Under the pieces are notes generated by a model. The model had not been told where the DNA came from, did not search any database, and worked only from the letters and a program-made list of their open reading frames with translations. A stretch of 64,000 nt of DNA, from the sequence record NC_041871.1. One strand, given 5' to 3'. Positions 26,629 to 35,658 of this stretch are shown piece by piece. The first letter of the stretch is position 1. Each line of letters starts with the position of its first letter. Source of the DNA: Escherichia phage Murica. A program made the position numbers and the translations under genes.

Positions 26629-26909
26629 AAATGAGTGCTAAGGACAAATTACACCATCTAGCGCTAAAACGCCCTGTAACGCTCCCTGACGAACTTAACT
26701 CCATTTATGATGCGATTGTAGGGGAGATACAAAATAAAGCGTTAGCAGGCTTTCTGGGGTGCGGATTTTCGATAAATCTACCCTCGCATCTCTCAGATTA
26801 CTTCCCGCACATTGTTGGAGATTTAAGGGCAGGAGGTCTGCAGGTAGATGTTGTTGGCATCTCCCCAGAGAAAAATAATACGGTTGCCTACTTGACAGTA
26901 ACCTGGTAG
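26625..26909 (+). CDS. hypothetical protein
   Basis: ATG 26625 overlapping the methyltransferase stop. Confidence 0.35.
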   Translation: MKMSAKDKLHHLALKRPVTLPDELNSIYDAIVGEIQNKALAGFLGCGFSINLPSHLSDYFPHIVGDLRAGGLQVDVVGISPEKNNTVAYLTVTW

Positions 26910-26945
26910 TTGTGTATTGTTGTTTTCAACAAGAGGGGGTCATTT

Positions 26946-27185
26946 ATGTACAAGTCATTTTCAATCTACTCAAGACAGGCGAAACACTACACAGAGATCC
27001 TGATCACTCAGAAAAAATCTGTGGAAGGTGAGTGGGAATATCACCATAAAATGTTGCGTCCAGACTGGGTTTTTGATAGACTTATTGCTATGATCCCTCT
27101 CGGAGAAGTATACCCTCTGACAGCCCATCGCGATGCTTGGGATTTAATTGATTACATAGATTCATTTAAGGAGCCTAGATTATGA
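26946..27185 (+). CDS. hypothetical protein
   Basis: ATG 26946 after a GGGGG-containing RBS. Confidence 0.35.
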   Translation: MYKSFSIYSRQAKHYTEILITQKKSVEGEWEYHHKMLRPDWVFDRLIAMIPLGEVYPLTAHRDAWDLIDYIDSFKEPRL

Positions 27186-27580
27186 AGATTGAGATTACTA
27201 AAGAAGGTAAGAAAGTGTCCGGCAACTATGCAACAGTAATTCGGGATTTAATGTTTGAAGCCACCAAGATCGGTACATCTAAAGTTGGTCAAACTGTTAG
27301 TGTGAAAAGTAATATCTCCACAGGAGAGAAGGTATTCATTGTGGTCAAAGGGCAGGATCCCGTGGAAGGAACAGTGGGCCGAGGTGGCTACCTGTGCATT
27401 TCTGAAGAGCCGCGTATGTTAGTGGCTGACGCTACTATGGGTGGGAAACGTGTGTGCGAGGCGGATGAGGTAATGATTATCCAACCTGTTGATCCAGATG
27501 ACCCAGCAACTTGGGTGGTAGGAAATGAAATCTTCTCTTTAGAAGAGTTATCCTTCCCAGCACCGCGCTCTGTTCAGTAA
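27182..27580 (+). CDS. small acidic protein, MK-I/V-E/K paralog family (probable)
   Basis: N-terminus MKIEIT; ATGA overlap with upstream gene. Confidence 0.4.
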   Translation: MKIEITKEGKKVSGNYATVIRDLMFEATKIGTSKVGQTVSVKSNISTGEKVFIVVKGQDPVEGTVGRGGYLCISEEPRMLVADATMGGKRVCEADEVMIIQPVDPDDPATWVVGNEIFSLEELSFPAPRSVQ

Positions 27581-27617
27581 TAATTTATCTTACCAGGGAC
27601 GGTAGGTAGGAGGTAGC

Positions 27618-27851
27618 ATGAAAGTTAAATTTCTTACAGATTTAGGGTACCCTTCCTTGGTTGACTGTGTTGGTAAAATTGTGGAAGCAAAACGGCTATC
27701 TGCAAACGAGAATGTTGTCCTGGTTAAAGGGAAGGATTTACTAGCTGCAGGTGCAGAGTCTGGCAGGATCTCTCCTGATTATATGTATTACCTATCTTTA
27801 AGTAATCTGCCAGAGCGAGGCGGTAAAGGCCTTGAAGTTGTGGAGGAGTGA
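27618..27851 (+). CDS. small acidic protein, MKVK paralog family
   Basis: MKVKFL...VGKIVEA...LVKGKDLLAAGAE...LEVVEE aligns with ORFs 31177 and 31394. Confidence 0.5.
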   Translation: MKVKFLTDLGYPSLVDCVGKIVEAKRLSANENVVLVKGKDLLAAGAESGRISPDYMYYLSLSNLPERGGKGLEVVEE

Positions 27852-28381
27852 CAGGTATGCTTCTGATTAACTGGGAAGACCTCTATGGGGACAAAGACCC
27901 TGTTGCGTTTGTTGATCGTAGGTGGAGATACACTGAAGAACAACTGGCGGCAAAAAATTTAACTGCAAAACGCAGAAAGATCATCCAGTGCAAGTACAAA
28001 TACGCACAGTTTGCTGCAAAAGTGTCTCCACAAATCGAGAGCTTTGTGCTTAAATTGTATGACGAGTACCTCAAATTCAAATTGGATTTTGTGCAGGTGT
28101 ACCGTGCACAGGTACGACCAGATACCAACATATGTAGATGGAAGGTTGTTTGTGAAGGTAAAGATTTGCCGCTCAGCTTGACAATTGAGTGGCGTTATGG
28201 GTATCATGAGTGTGGTCTGTATGATATTTGGGATGTCATTGTAGATCCTGCTAAGCATCTGAACACAGAGGAGCTGGAATATATCAATAAGGTTATTCTC
28301 GATATGTTTTTCAGCTACACACATGAAAACTCTGAGAAAGAACGGGATAATTTTCTTGACACCCTCAGCGACCATTTGTAG
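27848..28381 (+). CDS. hypothetical protein
   Basis: 177-aa ORF. Confidence 0.4.
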   Translation: MTGMLLINWEDLYGDKDPVAFVDRRWRYTEEQLAAKNLTAKRRKIIQCKYKYAQFAAKVSPQIESFVLKLYDEYLKFKLDFVQVYRAQVRPDTNICRWKVVCEGKDLPLSLTIEWRYGYHECGLYDIWDVIVDPAKHLNTEELEYINKVILDMFFSYTHENSEKERDNFLDTLSDHL

Positions 28382-28411
28382 TATACAATTTAACCTACAA
28401 AGGGAGGACCA

Positions 28412-28639
28412 ATGAGTATAAATGTTGTGCTAATAGGTTACCTGGTAATGTCCGTTATAACAGCGGTATTCTTGACAGGTGTATGCATCGTGTCCAGACG
28501 AAGGGTGAAGTTTGATGATTTTATCACCATCATCACTGCTGCACCTTTTTGGCCTGTTGTTATCTTCATCGTAATAATGTGCCTAGTTGATTACTACAAG
28601 AATATCAGGAAGGAGAGTAGGGATGGAGACCGCACCTAA
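28412..28639 (+). CDS. small membrane protein with two predicted TM helices
   Basis: Hydrophobic stretches VVLIGYLVMSVITAVFLTGVCIV and IITAAPFWPVVIFIVIMCLV, basic loop and C-terminus; holin-like topology but not next to the endolysin. Confidence 0.45.
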   Translation: MSINVVLIGYLVMSVITAVFLTGVCIVSRRRVKFDDFITIITAAPFWPVVIFIVIMCLVDYYKNIRKESRDGDRT

Positions 28640-28858
28640 AACTATCTATACTGTTCTTAAAGAGATTGCGTTCTACGCAGATCTTAGCCAGGCACCTTTA
28701 TGGGAAAAGAGCATGTATTTAAAATGGTGCGTTAATTTAGGGAGACCTTCCAGTGTTTCAAGCCATGTTTATTGAGATGCTATCTGGGATATTGTTACTA
28801 GTAGCCATCTTAGGTGGTGCAGTTCTGATGTATAACTATCTTGAAAAAGGAGACAGCA

Positions 28859-29044
28859 ATGGTAAAAAATAAATCTTTAGAGCAGGCTGAAAACCTTCTC
28901 CACGAGCTGGTAAAGGAGTGGAAAGTTGAATACTCAGATTTTAATGCACGAGAGGGTGAAGATTATTGGCCTACGGAGCGCTCAGAGGGCGAATGGTATC
29001 AAGATTTTATAGAGTGGTTATATCAGACGTGCGATGAGGGGTGA
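28859..29044 (+). CDS. hypothetical protein
   Basis: ATG 28859 after GGAGA; ORF-track start 28841 is TTG. Confidence 0.35.
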   Translation: MVKNKSLEQAENLLHELVKEWKVEYSDFNAREGEDYWPTERSEGEWYQDFIEWLYQTCDEG

Positions 29045-29511
29045 CGATGTTTGTTAAATATGTAAAAACGTGCCTCAACAGTCTTGGCAGAGAGCATTGG
29101 TACACCTTGCTTGAAAAAGGGGAAATTTTAACAAAATCTGGAAAGATAACTTTGATACCTCTTGATAGTAAAGGTAAAGACCCGTCACGACTTGTTATAG
29201 ATGATTACGTTACAGGTGTGACGTTCGAGGTCTCTGTGGAGAGGTTAATACGCAGAGCTGGCGGCCCTTATGACCGAAGAGAGTATGTTTTCGATTCCGT
29301 TACAGAGATGGGGGAGCATCCGTCTTTAATGTTCAGGATGGTAATCAGAGATATGAGGTCATCTATAGATAGGATCGTAAAGGACATTAAGGAACCTTTT
29401 AGAGTAAAAGTTAAGAAGTTTTTCGATTCTAAGATTAACATACTCGCCGTTGCACTAGGTGTAGTTCAACTTCTGTTAATTTTGCACTATTTTGAACTAC
29501 TATTTAAGTAG
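29041..29511 (+). CDS. hypothetical protein with C-terminal hydrophobic helix
   Basis: 156 aa; C-terminal ILAVALGVVQLLLILHYF. Confidence 0.4.
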   Translation: MTMFVKYVKTCLNSLGREHWYTLLEKGEILTKSGKITLIPLDSKGKDPSRLVIDDYVTGVTFEVSVERLIRRAGGPYDRREYVFDSVTEMGEHPSLMFRMVIRDMRSSIDRIVKDIKEPFRVKVKKFFDSKINILAVALGVVQLLLILHYFELLFK

Positions 29512-29521
29512 TAGTTGAGAT

Positions 29522-29542
29522 ATGGCACAAAGGATGTGCCAT
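29522..29542 (+). promoter_or_regulatory. palindromic operator-like site
   Basis: Perfect dyad ATGGCACA-AAGGA-TGTGCCAT; same architecture as the dyad at 22531-22546. Confidence 0.45.
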
Positions 29543-29573
29543 AGTGAAATAAACTAAGAAAGAGGTAGAGAGA

Positions 29574-29921
29574 ATGCCAAAGATTAAAACGTTATTACTG
29601 TGGGTAGCTGTTTTAGCTTTTATAGGGTACTGGACTTGGGAAACTGAATTAAAAGATATCGGATATACCAGTCTTGAGAGCAAGGCGTGCATTGGCATAA
29701 CCGATGCGTTCAGGCAAAATGCTATGGATCACGAATGTGTTGATGCAGATATAGATGAGAAACTGTCTAAGGACAAAGATTTTTACCATGGGCATGCTTT
29801 ACTTGATAGTGGTGACACTGTAGAGTTCTGGTCGTGGTTTCGTGAAGATGGAACAATAAAAACAGCAGTAAAGATCTCTAACAAAGAGTTAATGCTGTTG
29901 CAGCAAAAGGAGGCTCAATGA
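29574..29921 (+). CDS. hypothetical protein with N-terminal signal-anchor
   Basis: 115 aa; hydrophobic segment LLLWVAVLAFIGYW. Confidence 0.4.
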   Translation: MPKIKTLLLWVAVLAFIGYWTWETELKDIGYTSLESKACIGITDAFRQNAMDHECVDADIDEKLSKDKDFYHGHALLDSGDTVEFWSWFREDGTIKTAVKISNKELMLLQQKEAQ

Positions 29922-30205
29922 TCTGGATATCCTATGCTGATGGCACCATGCTGTATACTGCAGGTACCAGATATGAAGTTCAGGAGAACGATAAAAAATT
30001 TATCGTAAAAACATTTGACAAGGACGACAACCTTTTGCTAGAATTGACTTACAAAGTTGGAGAGGTATCCAATATCCAGTTGGATTGTGGTCATAAAGAT
30101 AATCCACTCAAAAAACCTGGAGTAGGTAAGGCTTCAGAAGAACGTCTGTCTCGTATTGCAGAAAGCGTTTCTCCCCAAAAATCTAAGAAGAGGACTAGAA
30201 AATGA
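29918..30205 (+). CDS. hypothetical protein
   Basis: 95-aa ORF with ATGA overlap. Confidence 0.4.
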   Translation: MIWISYADGTMLYTAGTRYEVQENDKKFIVKTFDKDDNLLLELTYKVGEVSNIQLDCGHKDNPLKKPGVGKASEERLSRIAESVSPQKSKKRTRK

Positions 30206-30396
30206 AAAACTTACGTTTTAACACTTATTACTACAACACATTGAATGATTTGTATTATATTGTTCGAAGTAAAAGTCCTGAAACAGTCCTATTCTGCCGC
30301 GAACCTTTCAAAGGGGAGGAAGTAGAGTCTGAGATGAATGTTAGCCAGATCACCTCTTTGTTGCTCTCAGGCGCAATGGAAGAAGCAATATTCTAA
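30202..30396 (+). CDS. hypothetical protein
   Basis: 64-aa ORF with ATGA overlap. Confidence 0.35.
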   Translation: MKNLRFNTYYYNTLNDLYYIVRSKSPETVLFCREPFKGEEVESEMNVSQITSLLLSGAMEEAIF

Positions 30397-30414
30397 ACCA
30401 GGCAGGAGGGTTTT

Positions 30415-30603
30415 ATGAAGCACTATTGCCTGTCTGGTAGAATGGGTGCAGATTGTGATTGGGTTTTCTTAAAACTTGTCAGCATTCGAGAGTTCATCCC
30501 AGAGGAAGAGCAAGAAAGCGAGCTGATGTCATGGATCAACCATTACGGTAACACTTTTCGGCATGTTAAGGTAGAAGAGTTGCCAAGCGAGGCTGAATTA
30601 TGA
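30415..30603 (+). CDS. hypothetical protein
   Basis: 62-aa ORF after AGGAGGG RBS. Confidence 0.4.
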   Translation: MKHYCLSGRMGADCDWVFLKLVSIREFIPEEEQESELMSWINHYGNTFRHVKVEELPSEAEL

Positions 30604-30896
30604 AACTTTTTGAGTGGTTTAAAAAGTTTAAATATAAAGCTGTAGCCATCGTGCCGTGGTCCATTCAGTGGGTTGATGAAGGTGGTCTACCGATACCTGG
30701 TGACAAAGATACTGGGTACTGGATTATGATGGAGAACGGGTTTGGAAAGCGAAAGTATACGTGCACAAACTCTACTCGATCTGCACTTAATAGAGTGCCC
30801 GGTTACAAACTTATGGTTGTGTGGAAAATGTCAGGCGTGCCTCCAGCCAATGCTCAATTTCTTACTGACAATCCGACCACGGTAGAGGGAGATTGA
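30600..30896 (+). CDS. hypothetical protein
   Basis: 98-aa ORF with ATGA overlap. Confidence 0.4.
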   Translation: MKLFEWFKKFKYKAVAIVPWSIQWVDEGGLPIPGDKDTGYWIMMENGFGKRKYTCTNSTRSALNRVPGYKLMVVWKMSGVPPANAQFLTDNPTTVEGD

Positions 30897-31180
30897 TAAT
30901 GAAAAAGATTAACAGTAGTGAAGTAGAGTTTAAACTTGTCGGAAAAGGCACTTACTGGGAAGTTCGTCAAAAGGTATATTTGTTCGGTCTTATTCCCTAC
31001 TGGTCTAAATTCTACTGGGGAGCTAACGAGTTGGGAAGATATGCCACCAAATCAATGGCACTTATTGGTATAGCAGAGTACATTGCAGCCCGAGACAGGG
31101 TTGGAACCACTTATTACTACACTGCTGACGATATTCGTAACAGTGTTTACGTCCCACAACCACCTGATGGAGACCGTTGA
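30893..31180 (+). CDS. hypothetical protein
   Basis: 95-aa ORF with overlapping start. Confidence 0.4.
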   Translation: MIMKKINSSEVEFKLVGKGTYWEVRQKVYLFGLIPYWSKFYWGANELGRYATKSMALIGIAEYIAARDRVGTTYYYTADDIRNSVYVPQPPDGDR

Positions 31181-31404
31181 TGAAAGTTAAAGTTTTAGAT
31201 TCAAGCTTCTATATTGGTCAGGAGCCTTTAGTAGGAAAAGTGTTTACTGCTGTCCCTAACGAAGATTACCCTGACCTTTTAAAAATAAAAGGAGCAGATC
31301 TTATTGCCGCTGGTGCATCTCAGGAATGCTTTGACAGTCAGTGGACCTATAACTTTGCCCTAGGTGAGGATGTAGAGGTAGTGGAGGACGATCATGAAGG
31401 TTAA
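31177..31404 (+). CDS. small acidic protein, MKVK paralog family
   Basis: MKVKVLDSSFYIGQ..VGKV..IKGADLIAAGA..VEVVED. Confidence 0.5.
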   Translation: MMKVKVLDSSFYIGQEPLVGKVFTAVPNEDYPDLLKIKGADLIAAGASQECFDSQWTYNFALGEDVEVVEDDHEG

Positions 31405-31648
31405 AATTCTTGATTCTAACGTCTACTTGGGGCAATCCTTCCTGAATGGAAAGGTCGTTCCTGCGGTATACTTTGAAGGGTTGCCGTGGGATGATCCTGT
31501 GCGGCAACATCACAATTATGTAGGCCACAACGTGGTGTTTATCTTGGGATCAGACCTGATCACCGCTGGTGCACCTGAATATTATTTCGGGGAAGAGTCC
31601 TACTATGCCTTTGGGGTAGGGTCAGATGCAGATATTGTAGAGCTGTGA
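31394..31648 (+). CDS. small acidic protein, MKVK paralog family
   Basis: MKVKILDSNVYLGQ..NGKV..GSDLITAGA..DIVEL. Confidence 0.5.
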   Translation: MKVKILDSNVYLGQSFLNGKVVPAVYFEGLPWDDPVRQHHNYVGHNVVFILGSDLITAGAPEYYFGEESYYAFGVGSDADIVEL

Positions 31649-31660
31649 TGGGTAACCGTT

Positions 31661-32059
31661 GTGAAAAATAAACTGTTTAAAGTTACAATGAAAATTCGCG
31701 GGGCTTGGAGCGTAAAGCAAGGGCGTATTCCAGAATTTGAGAAAGACTTCTACGTAGTCTCCACCTCTGAGGAGGCTGCATGCTGGCAGGCTGGCTATGC
31801 CTATGCAAGAACCTGGTACGAAGGATACCAGACTGGGGGCTATGACGGAGAAATTATCAGCAAGGGTGTAGAAGAAATTAATGTGTTGACAAGTGAAAAA
31901 GTTTTTGTTATAGTGCATCCAGATTCCAGAGTGAAGCATTACTGGAATGCCAGAACAAAAACTTGGACACCGTTTGCAGATTCTGCTACGCCACTTTTAA
32001 ACCAGAAAGCTCTTGACTCTGCCCCAAGTTATGGGGTTGTTGAAGAAAAGCTAAACTGA
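31661..32059 (+). CDS. hypothetical protein, paralog of ORF 33870
   Basis: Shares KVFVIVHPDSRVKHYWNARTKTWTP with KFVMRHPHSNIAYYWDVLNNEWTP of ORF 33870. Confidence 0.5.
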   Translation: MKNKLFKVTMKIRGAWSVKQGRIPEFEKDFYVVSTSEEAACWQAGYAYARTWYEGYQTGGYDGEIISKGVEEINVLTSEKVFVIVHPDSRVKHYWNARTKTWTPFADSATPLLNQKALDSAPSYGVVEEKLN

Positions 32060-32076
32060 AACAGTGAGGTGTCACC

Positions 32077-32367
32077 ATGATGGATTTAATTCTAAATATT
32101 GATAACGCAGGAGAGTTTAAAGACGATGGTGTAACAAGCATGGACAAACCCTGCTCTGCTAAGGTTGACTCAAAATGGACCTACAAGTTTGACGGAGAGA
32201 TCTTCGCAAATGATGAGAAGGTTGTAGATGCTGCAGCCATTTTAAACGCTCTAGGGTACGACCCTGTGAATTCTTTGATCAAGGATCCTGTTGAGTTTGC
32301 AGAGTATGTTCGAAAAATGGCAGATCTTGCTGTGGATATTTTAAAAACTATCGACAACAAGCTGTAA
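32077..32367 (+). CDS. hypothetical protein
   Basis: 96-aa acidic ORF. Confidence 0.4.
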   Translation: MMDLILNIDNAGEFKDDGVTSMDKPCSAKVDSKWTYKFDGEIFANDEKVVDAAAILNALGYDPVNSLIKDPVEFAEYVRKMADLAVDILKTIDNKL

Positions 32368-32373
32368 AAACTG

Positions 32374-32402
32374 TTGACACAACGCTTCAGATTTAGTATC
32401 AT
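32374..32402 (+). promoter_or_regulatory. sigma70-type promoter TTGACA-17-TATCAT
   Basis: Consensus -35 with 17-nt spacer upstream of ORF 32452. Confidence 0.55.
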
Positions 32403-32451
32403 TGTTTTCAAAGAGAGATAGTTATTCCCTCTTCCTTAAAAGGAACACGTT

Positions 32452-32751
32452 ATGCAAATTGAAATCACTGGCAACAATGTAGAAATCACAGAAGGTATGG
32501 TATCTTTTATTTCCCGCAAAATGTCCAAGCTGGAGCGTTTACATCCCTCTGTTAACTATGCACGTGTGAGTGTAAAAGTTGAAAATGATCACCAGGAAGT
32601 TATGGCGTTCATTTTTGACAATTCTGGAAAAGAAGTTATTGCCAAGGCTAAAGGCAGTGATGCTTACGAGGCAACTGACCGTATGGTAGATGTTGCAGCA
32701 CGTCAGCTGGCTAAATGCGGTGGAAAGAAAGGTAAGGGGAAGGCAAAGTAA
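32452..32751 (+). CDS. small protein, possible MK-I/V-E paralog
   Basis: MQIEITGNNVEIT N-terminus; glycine/lysine-rich C-terminus. Confidence 0.4.
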   Translation: MQIEITGNNVEITEGMVSFISRKMSKLERLHPSVNYARVSVKVENDHQEVMAFIFDNSGKEVIAKAKGSDAYEATDRMVDVAARQLAKCGGKKGKGKAK

Positions 32752-32780
32752 AGATTGACTTTGGAGAATGAGGTGCTACA

Positions 32781-32882
32781 ATGGGTGTGATTAAGAAATT
32801 AGTCCCAAATGTAGAGATTGCATGCTTTGAAATTATGTTTGCAATCGCAGTTGTAGTTAATGTGTTAGGTTACGGCTATTAA
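32781..32882 (+). CDS. small hydrophobic peptide (33 aa)
   Basis: ATG 32781 after GGAG..GAGG; single TM-like segment; below ORF-track cutoff. Confidence 0.3.
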   Translation: MGVIKKLVPNVEIACFEIMFAIAVVVNVLGYGY

Positions 32883-32908
32883 TATCAAATAATTGAGGAG
32901 ACCTCTAA

Positions 32909-33178
32909 ATGAAAATTAAATTATTCCAAACTGAGCTGGCAGACAAAAATTGTGGACTGGTTGAAGGCATGATTGTTGAAGCACAACCAGTGGACTATAT
33001 GAAGGTGGTTCGTGATGCCCTAGGTGAAGGTTTTGATCTGATGGAGCCAGCTCTGCGAGAAGATGTTATCGAGATGGCTAAAAAGCACACACCTGAAGGT
33101 TTGGTGGTGTTTGTTGCACCGGGTAACGGAGAAGAGTTGATTGTAACTCCTGATGTGTATGAGATTGTAGAGGAATAA
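32909..33178 (+). CDS. small acidic protein, MK-I/V-K paralog family
   Basis: MKIKLFQTEL...EIVEE. Confidence 0.45.
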   Translation: MKIKLFQTELADKNCGLVEGMIVEAQPVDYMKVVRDALGEGFDLMEPALREDVIEMAKKHTPEGLVVFVAPGNGEELIVTPDVYEIVEE

Positions 33179-33197
33179 TCCTGCTTGGATTAGCATA

Positions 33198-33228
33198 CTT
33201 CCTCGCTAAGGAAGATTTGTAATTATTT
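33198..33228 (+). terminator. intrinsic terminator-like hairpin
   Basis: CTTCCT-cgcta-AGGAAG followed by ATTTGTAATTATTTG. Confidence 0.5.
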
Positions 33229-33269
33229 GTGGGAAAGGAGTCCCAATCTCTTACCAGAGGTGATACTAT

Positions 33270-33533
33270 ATGATTGTTTATTTTAAAACTTCAGGTGGAT
33301 ACCCTGATTCTCAAAGCTTGATCGGAAAAACGTGCACAGCATACTCACCTCTTGATGAGGAGGTAAGCGATATTTTACGAAATATGTATCGGATTGACCC
33401 CCAAGAAGCCTTTGATCAAAACCTTGTATTTGTCAAGGGCTCAGATATGAAGTCTTTGGGAGCATTCCCTGAAGCAGATGATGATGCCGTTTATTCGTTC
33501 ATGACTCCTTTTGAAGCTATGGTTGTTGGGTGA
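33270..33533 (+). CDS. small acidic protein, paralog family member
   Basis: GYPDSQSLIGKT...VFVKGSDMKSLGA aligns with the MKVK family core. Confidence 0.45.
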   Translation: MIVYFKTSGGYPDSQSLIGKTCTAYSPLDEEVSDILRNMYRIDPQEAFDQNLVFVKGSDMKSLGAFPEADDDAVYSFMTPFEAMVVG

Positions 33534-33537
33534 TAAT

Positions 33538-33870
33538 ATGAAAGTACGCTTTATTGGTGAAACAATTCCTGTGCATCTCCGGTCGCCTGAGGATTCTGCA
33601 GATCTTGCATCTCAAAAGGCGAGAGGTTATGATAAGAAAGTAACCTCAACCGATGTAGTGCTTGAGGCTACTAGTCTACCTGACCCTGCTGCATTCTTTA
33701 ATCATTATGGGTACTATTTCAGCAATCTGATGAATATCGGTGAGCTTGTGTTTATTAGTGGTGGAGAAATTGTTAGCAAGCTTGGCGGCGATCCGGATAT
33801 CTTTCATGAAACCTGTCCTTTTGCATTTGTGGTAGGTTCAGATGTGGAAGTTATTGAGGAGGTGCGGTAA
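33538..33870 (+). CDS. small acidic protein, MKVR paralog family
   Basis: Start moved to ATG 33538 (MKVRFIGE); ends VGSDVEVIEEVR. Confidence 0.45.
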   Translation: MKVRFIGETIPVHLRSPEDSADLASQKARGYDKKVTSTDVVLEATSLPDPAAFFNHYGYYFSNLMNIGELVFISGGEIVSKLGGDPDIFHETCPFAFVVGSDVEVIEEVR

Positions 33871-34265
33871 TGGTAAGCCTATACCGTGTTGAGTATAGCT
33901 CAGATACTGTATACAACGTAAGAAGCAAAGATCGCAGCGACAGAGTGCAAGAAATGTATGTTCTTGCCGACAGTCCGTTATCTGCAGCGTTCAAGGCAGG
34001 GGCTCTTGCATCTCGTTGGAAATTTGAAGGTGGATCTTTCTATGAAGAAACCCTTGAAGATTCTGTTGTTATTTCTTCTGTAGAGGTTTCAGATGACTAC
34101 GAAGGGAAAAAGTTCGTAATGCGGCACCCACACAGCAACATTGCGTACTACTGGGATGTTCTGAACAACGAGTGGACCCCAGATCTTCAGAAGGCTACTG
34201 TGCTAACACCGTTTTTGGCAGATAAGTTCCCACCAGAAGGTAATTTATCCGCACTGTTTCAGTAA
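33870..34265 (+). CDS. hypothetical protein, paralog of ORF 31661
   Basis: Shared HP-S..YW...WTP core with ORF 31661. Confidence 0.5.
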   Translation: MVSLYRVEYSSDTVYNVRSKDRSDRVQEMYVLADSPLSAAFKAGALASRWKFEGGSFYEETLEDSVVISSVEVSDDYEGKKFVMRHPHSNIAYYWDVLNNEWTPDLQKATVLTPFLADKFPPEGNLSALFQ

Positions 34266-34273
34266 TTTTCTTG

Positions 34274-34311
34274 CACACAGGTGTTGACAACGCCAACCCT
34301 GTGTGAAATAA
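34274..34311 (+). promoter_or_regulatory. promoter with -35 hexamer in a hairpin loop
   Basis: Inverted repeat CACACAGG-N16-CCTGTGTG encloses TTGACA (34283-34288); AATAAT 17 nt downstream. Confidence 0.45.
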
Positions 34312-34341
34312 TACCTTCATCTTAACAAGACAGGGGACCGA

Positions 34342-34602
34342 TTGATGAAGATTAAATTGAAAAACCTTGAAACGGCAGAGATTCAGGACGGTGTTGATTT
34401 CCGTTCTAAAGATGGTGACATCTTAGAGGTAAATATTCCAACCTACGAGCTGATTAAAGGTTTTGGCAACGTTCCGGAAGAGGATATTACAGAAATTCTT
34501 ATGATGTTGATTCTTGACGGAACTGTGTTTGTAGGTGAAGGTGAGAACGCTATTGCAATCCCAGGCCATTTTTATGAAGTAGTTGACGAAGAGGTGCTGT
34601 AA
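34342..34602 (+). CDS. small acidic protein, MK-I/V-K paralog family
   Basis: MMKIKLKNLE...YEVVDEEVL. Confidence 0.45.
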   Translation: MMKIKLKNLETAEIQDGVDFRSKDGDILEVNIPTYELIKGFGNVPEEDITEILMMLILDGTVFVGEGENAIAIPGHFYEVVDEEVL

Positions 34603-34953
34603 ATGAAAGTAGAAATTACCGGTTTTGATGTGAATGTGGTTCCGGAAGATATTTTAGCTAAACTTCCAGAAGGTTTTGGTAACGGCGTTGTGGTGGATGC
34701 TGTTCCTCCTACCAAAGACATTCTGCTGCAGTATGGTGTAGCAGAGGAAGATGTCGATAAAGTTCTTACAATGATGGCAATCGATCGTGTTGTCGTTGTT
34801 AAAGGTCTCGATAATTTTGAGAGTGATCCCCTGATTATTCGTGGAGATGACTACAAAATCATCGATAATGAAGGCCAAGAGTTCTATGAACCTTGTGCAG
34901 AAGATATTCTTAACTTATTACTGGAAGCAGGTACCGAAGAGGAGGACGAATAA
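34603..34953 (+). CDS. small acidic protein, MKVE paralog family (probable)
   Basis: MKVEITGFDVNVV; acidic C-terminus. Confidence 0.45.
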   Translation: MKVEITGFDVNVVPEDILAKLPEGFGNGVVVDAVPPTKDILLQYGVAEEDVDKVLTMMAIDRVVVVKGLDNFESDPLIIRGDDYKIIDNEGQEFYEPCAEDILNLLLEAGTEEEDE

Positions 34954-35282
34954 TGAAGATTGACCCGTTACTGAAGGCTCGTGCAGAAAAAGCGTACACC
35001 ATTAAGCTGACCAACCTGGTTCCTACTTGTCATCCAGATGTAGGTTGGCCTGAAGGTCTGGTAGAGGGGACTGTAACAGCTGCATACCTCCCTAACATCA
35101 AATACCTTATGGAAATCTTGGAGCTGGATGAGGAAACGGCAGAAGAGTTCCAGTTGGACATGAAACAAAGTGGGACTCTGGTTATTCACGGGTGGTATAA
35201 TACTAAAGACGCAGAAGACCCTCTTGTAACTTCTAATCTGGCATATGAAATCTTAGGACCTTTGAACCTGGGGGAAGACTAA
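34953..35282 (+). CDS. small acidic protein
   Basis: 109-aa ORF with ATGA overlap; N-terminus MKIDPL. Confidence 0.4.
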   Translation: MKIDPLLKARAEKAYTIKLTNLVPTCHPDVGWPEGLVEGTVTAAYLPNIKYLMEILELDEETAEEFQLDMKQSGTLVIHGWYNTKDAEDPLVTSNLAYEILGPLNLGED

Positions 35283-35569
35283 TGAAAGATCTGGTTAAGA
35301 TTAAGATTAAAGATACCAACGGCGAACTCAGCCATTTTGGAATTAATGATGGTGACGAGCTGATCGCACACCTGCCTACCAAGGAAGTTGTAAGCAAAGC
35401 AGTTGCCGGAGAAGAAGATGCAATGCAGGCTGCAGGTGTGGATGAAAACTATGTAGCCATGTGCATGTGCCGAGACCAGGTTGTTCTGTATAAAGCGTAT
35501 CGACCAAACGGAGCCACGGAGTGGCTTGTATTCCGACCCGAAGGATATGAAATCTTAGAGGCACTATGA
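35282..35569 (+). CDS. small acidic protein
   Basis: 95-aa ORF with ATGA overlap. Confidence 0.4.
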   Translation: MKDLVKIKIKDTNGELSHFGINDGDELIAHLPTKEVVSKAVAGEEDAMQAAGVDENYVAMCMCRDQVVLYKAYRPNGATEWLVFRPEGYEILEAL

Positions 35570-35649
35570 TAAATCTTGCCAAGGTTGCAACGGCACTGTT
35601 AATTATTTGCTGGTCAGTAACCTTAACACTGTGTCTTGTATTTCAGTAA
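35566..35649 (+). CDS. small hydrophobic peptide (27 aa)
   Basis: ATG overlaps upstream stop; MINLAKVATALLIICWSVTLTLCLVFQ; below ORF-track cutoff. Confidence 0.3.
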   Translation: MINLAKVATALLIICWSVTLTLCLVFQ

Positions 35650-35658
35650 GGTGCTTAT

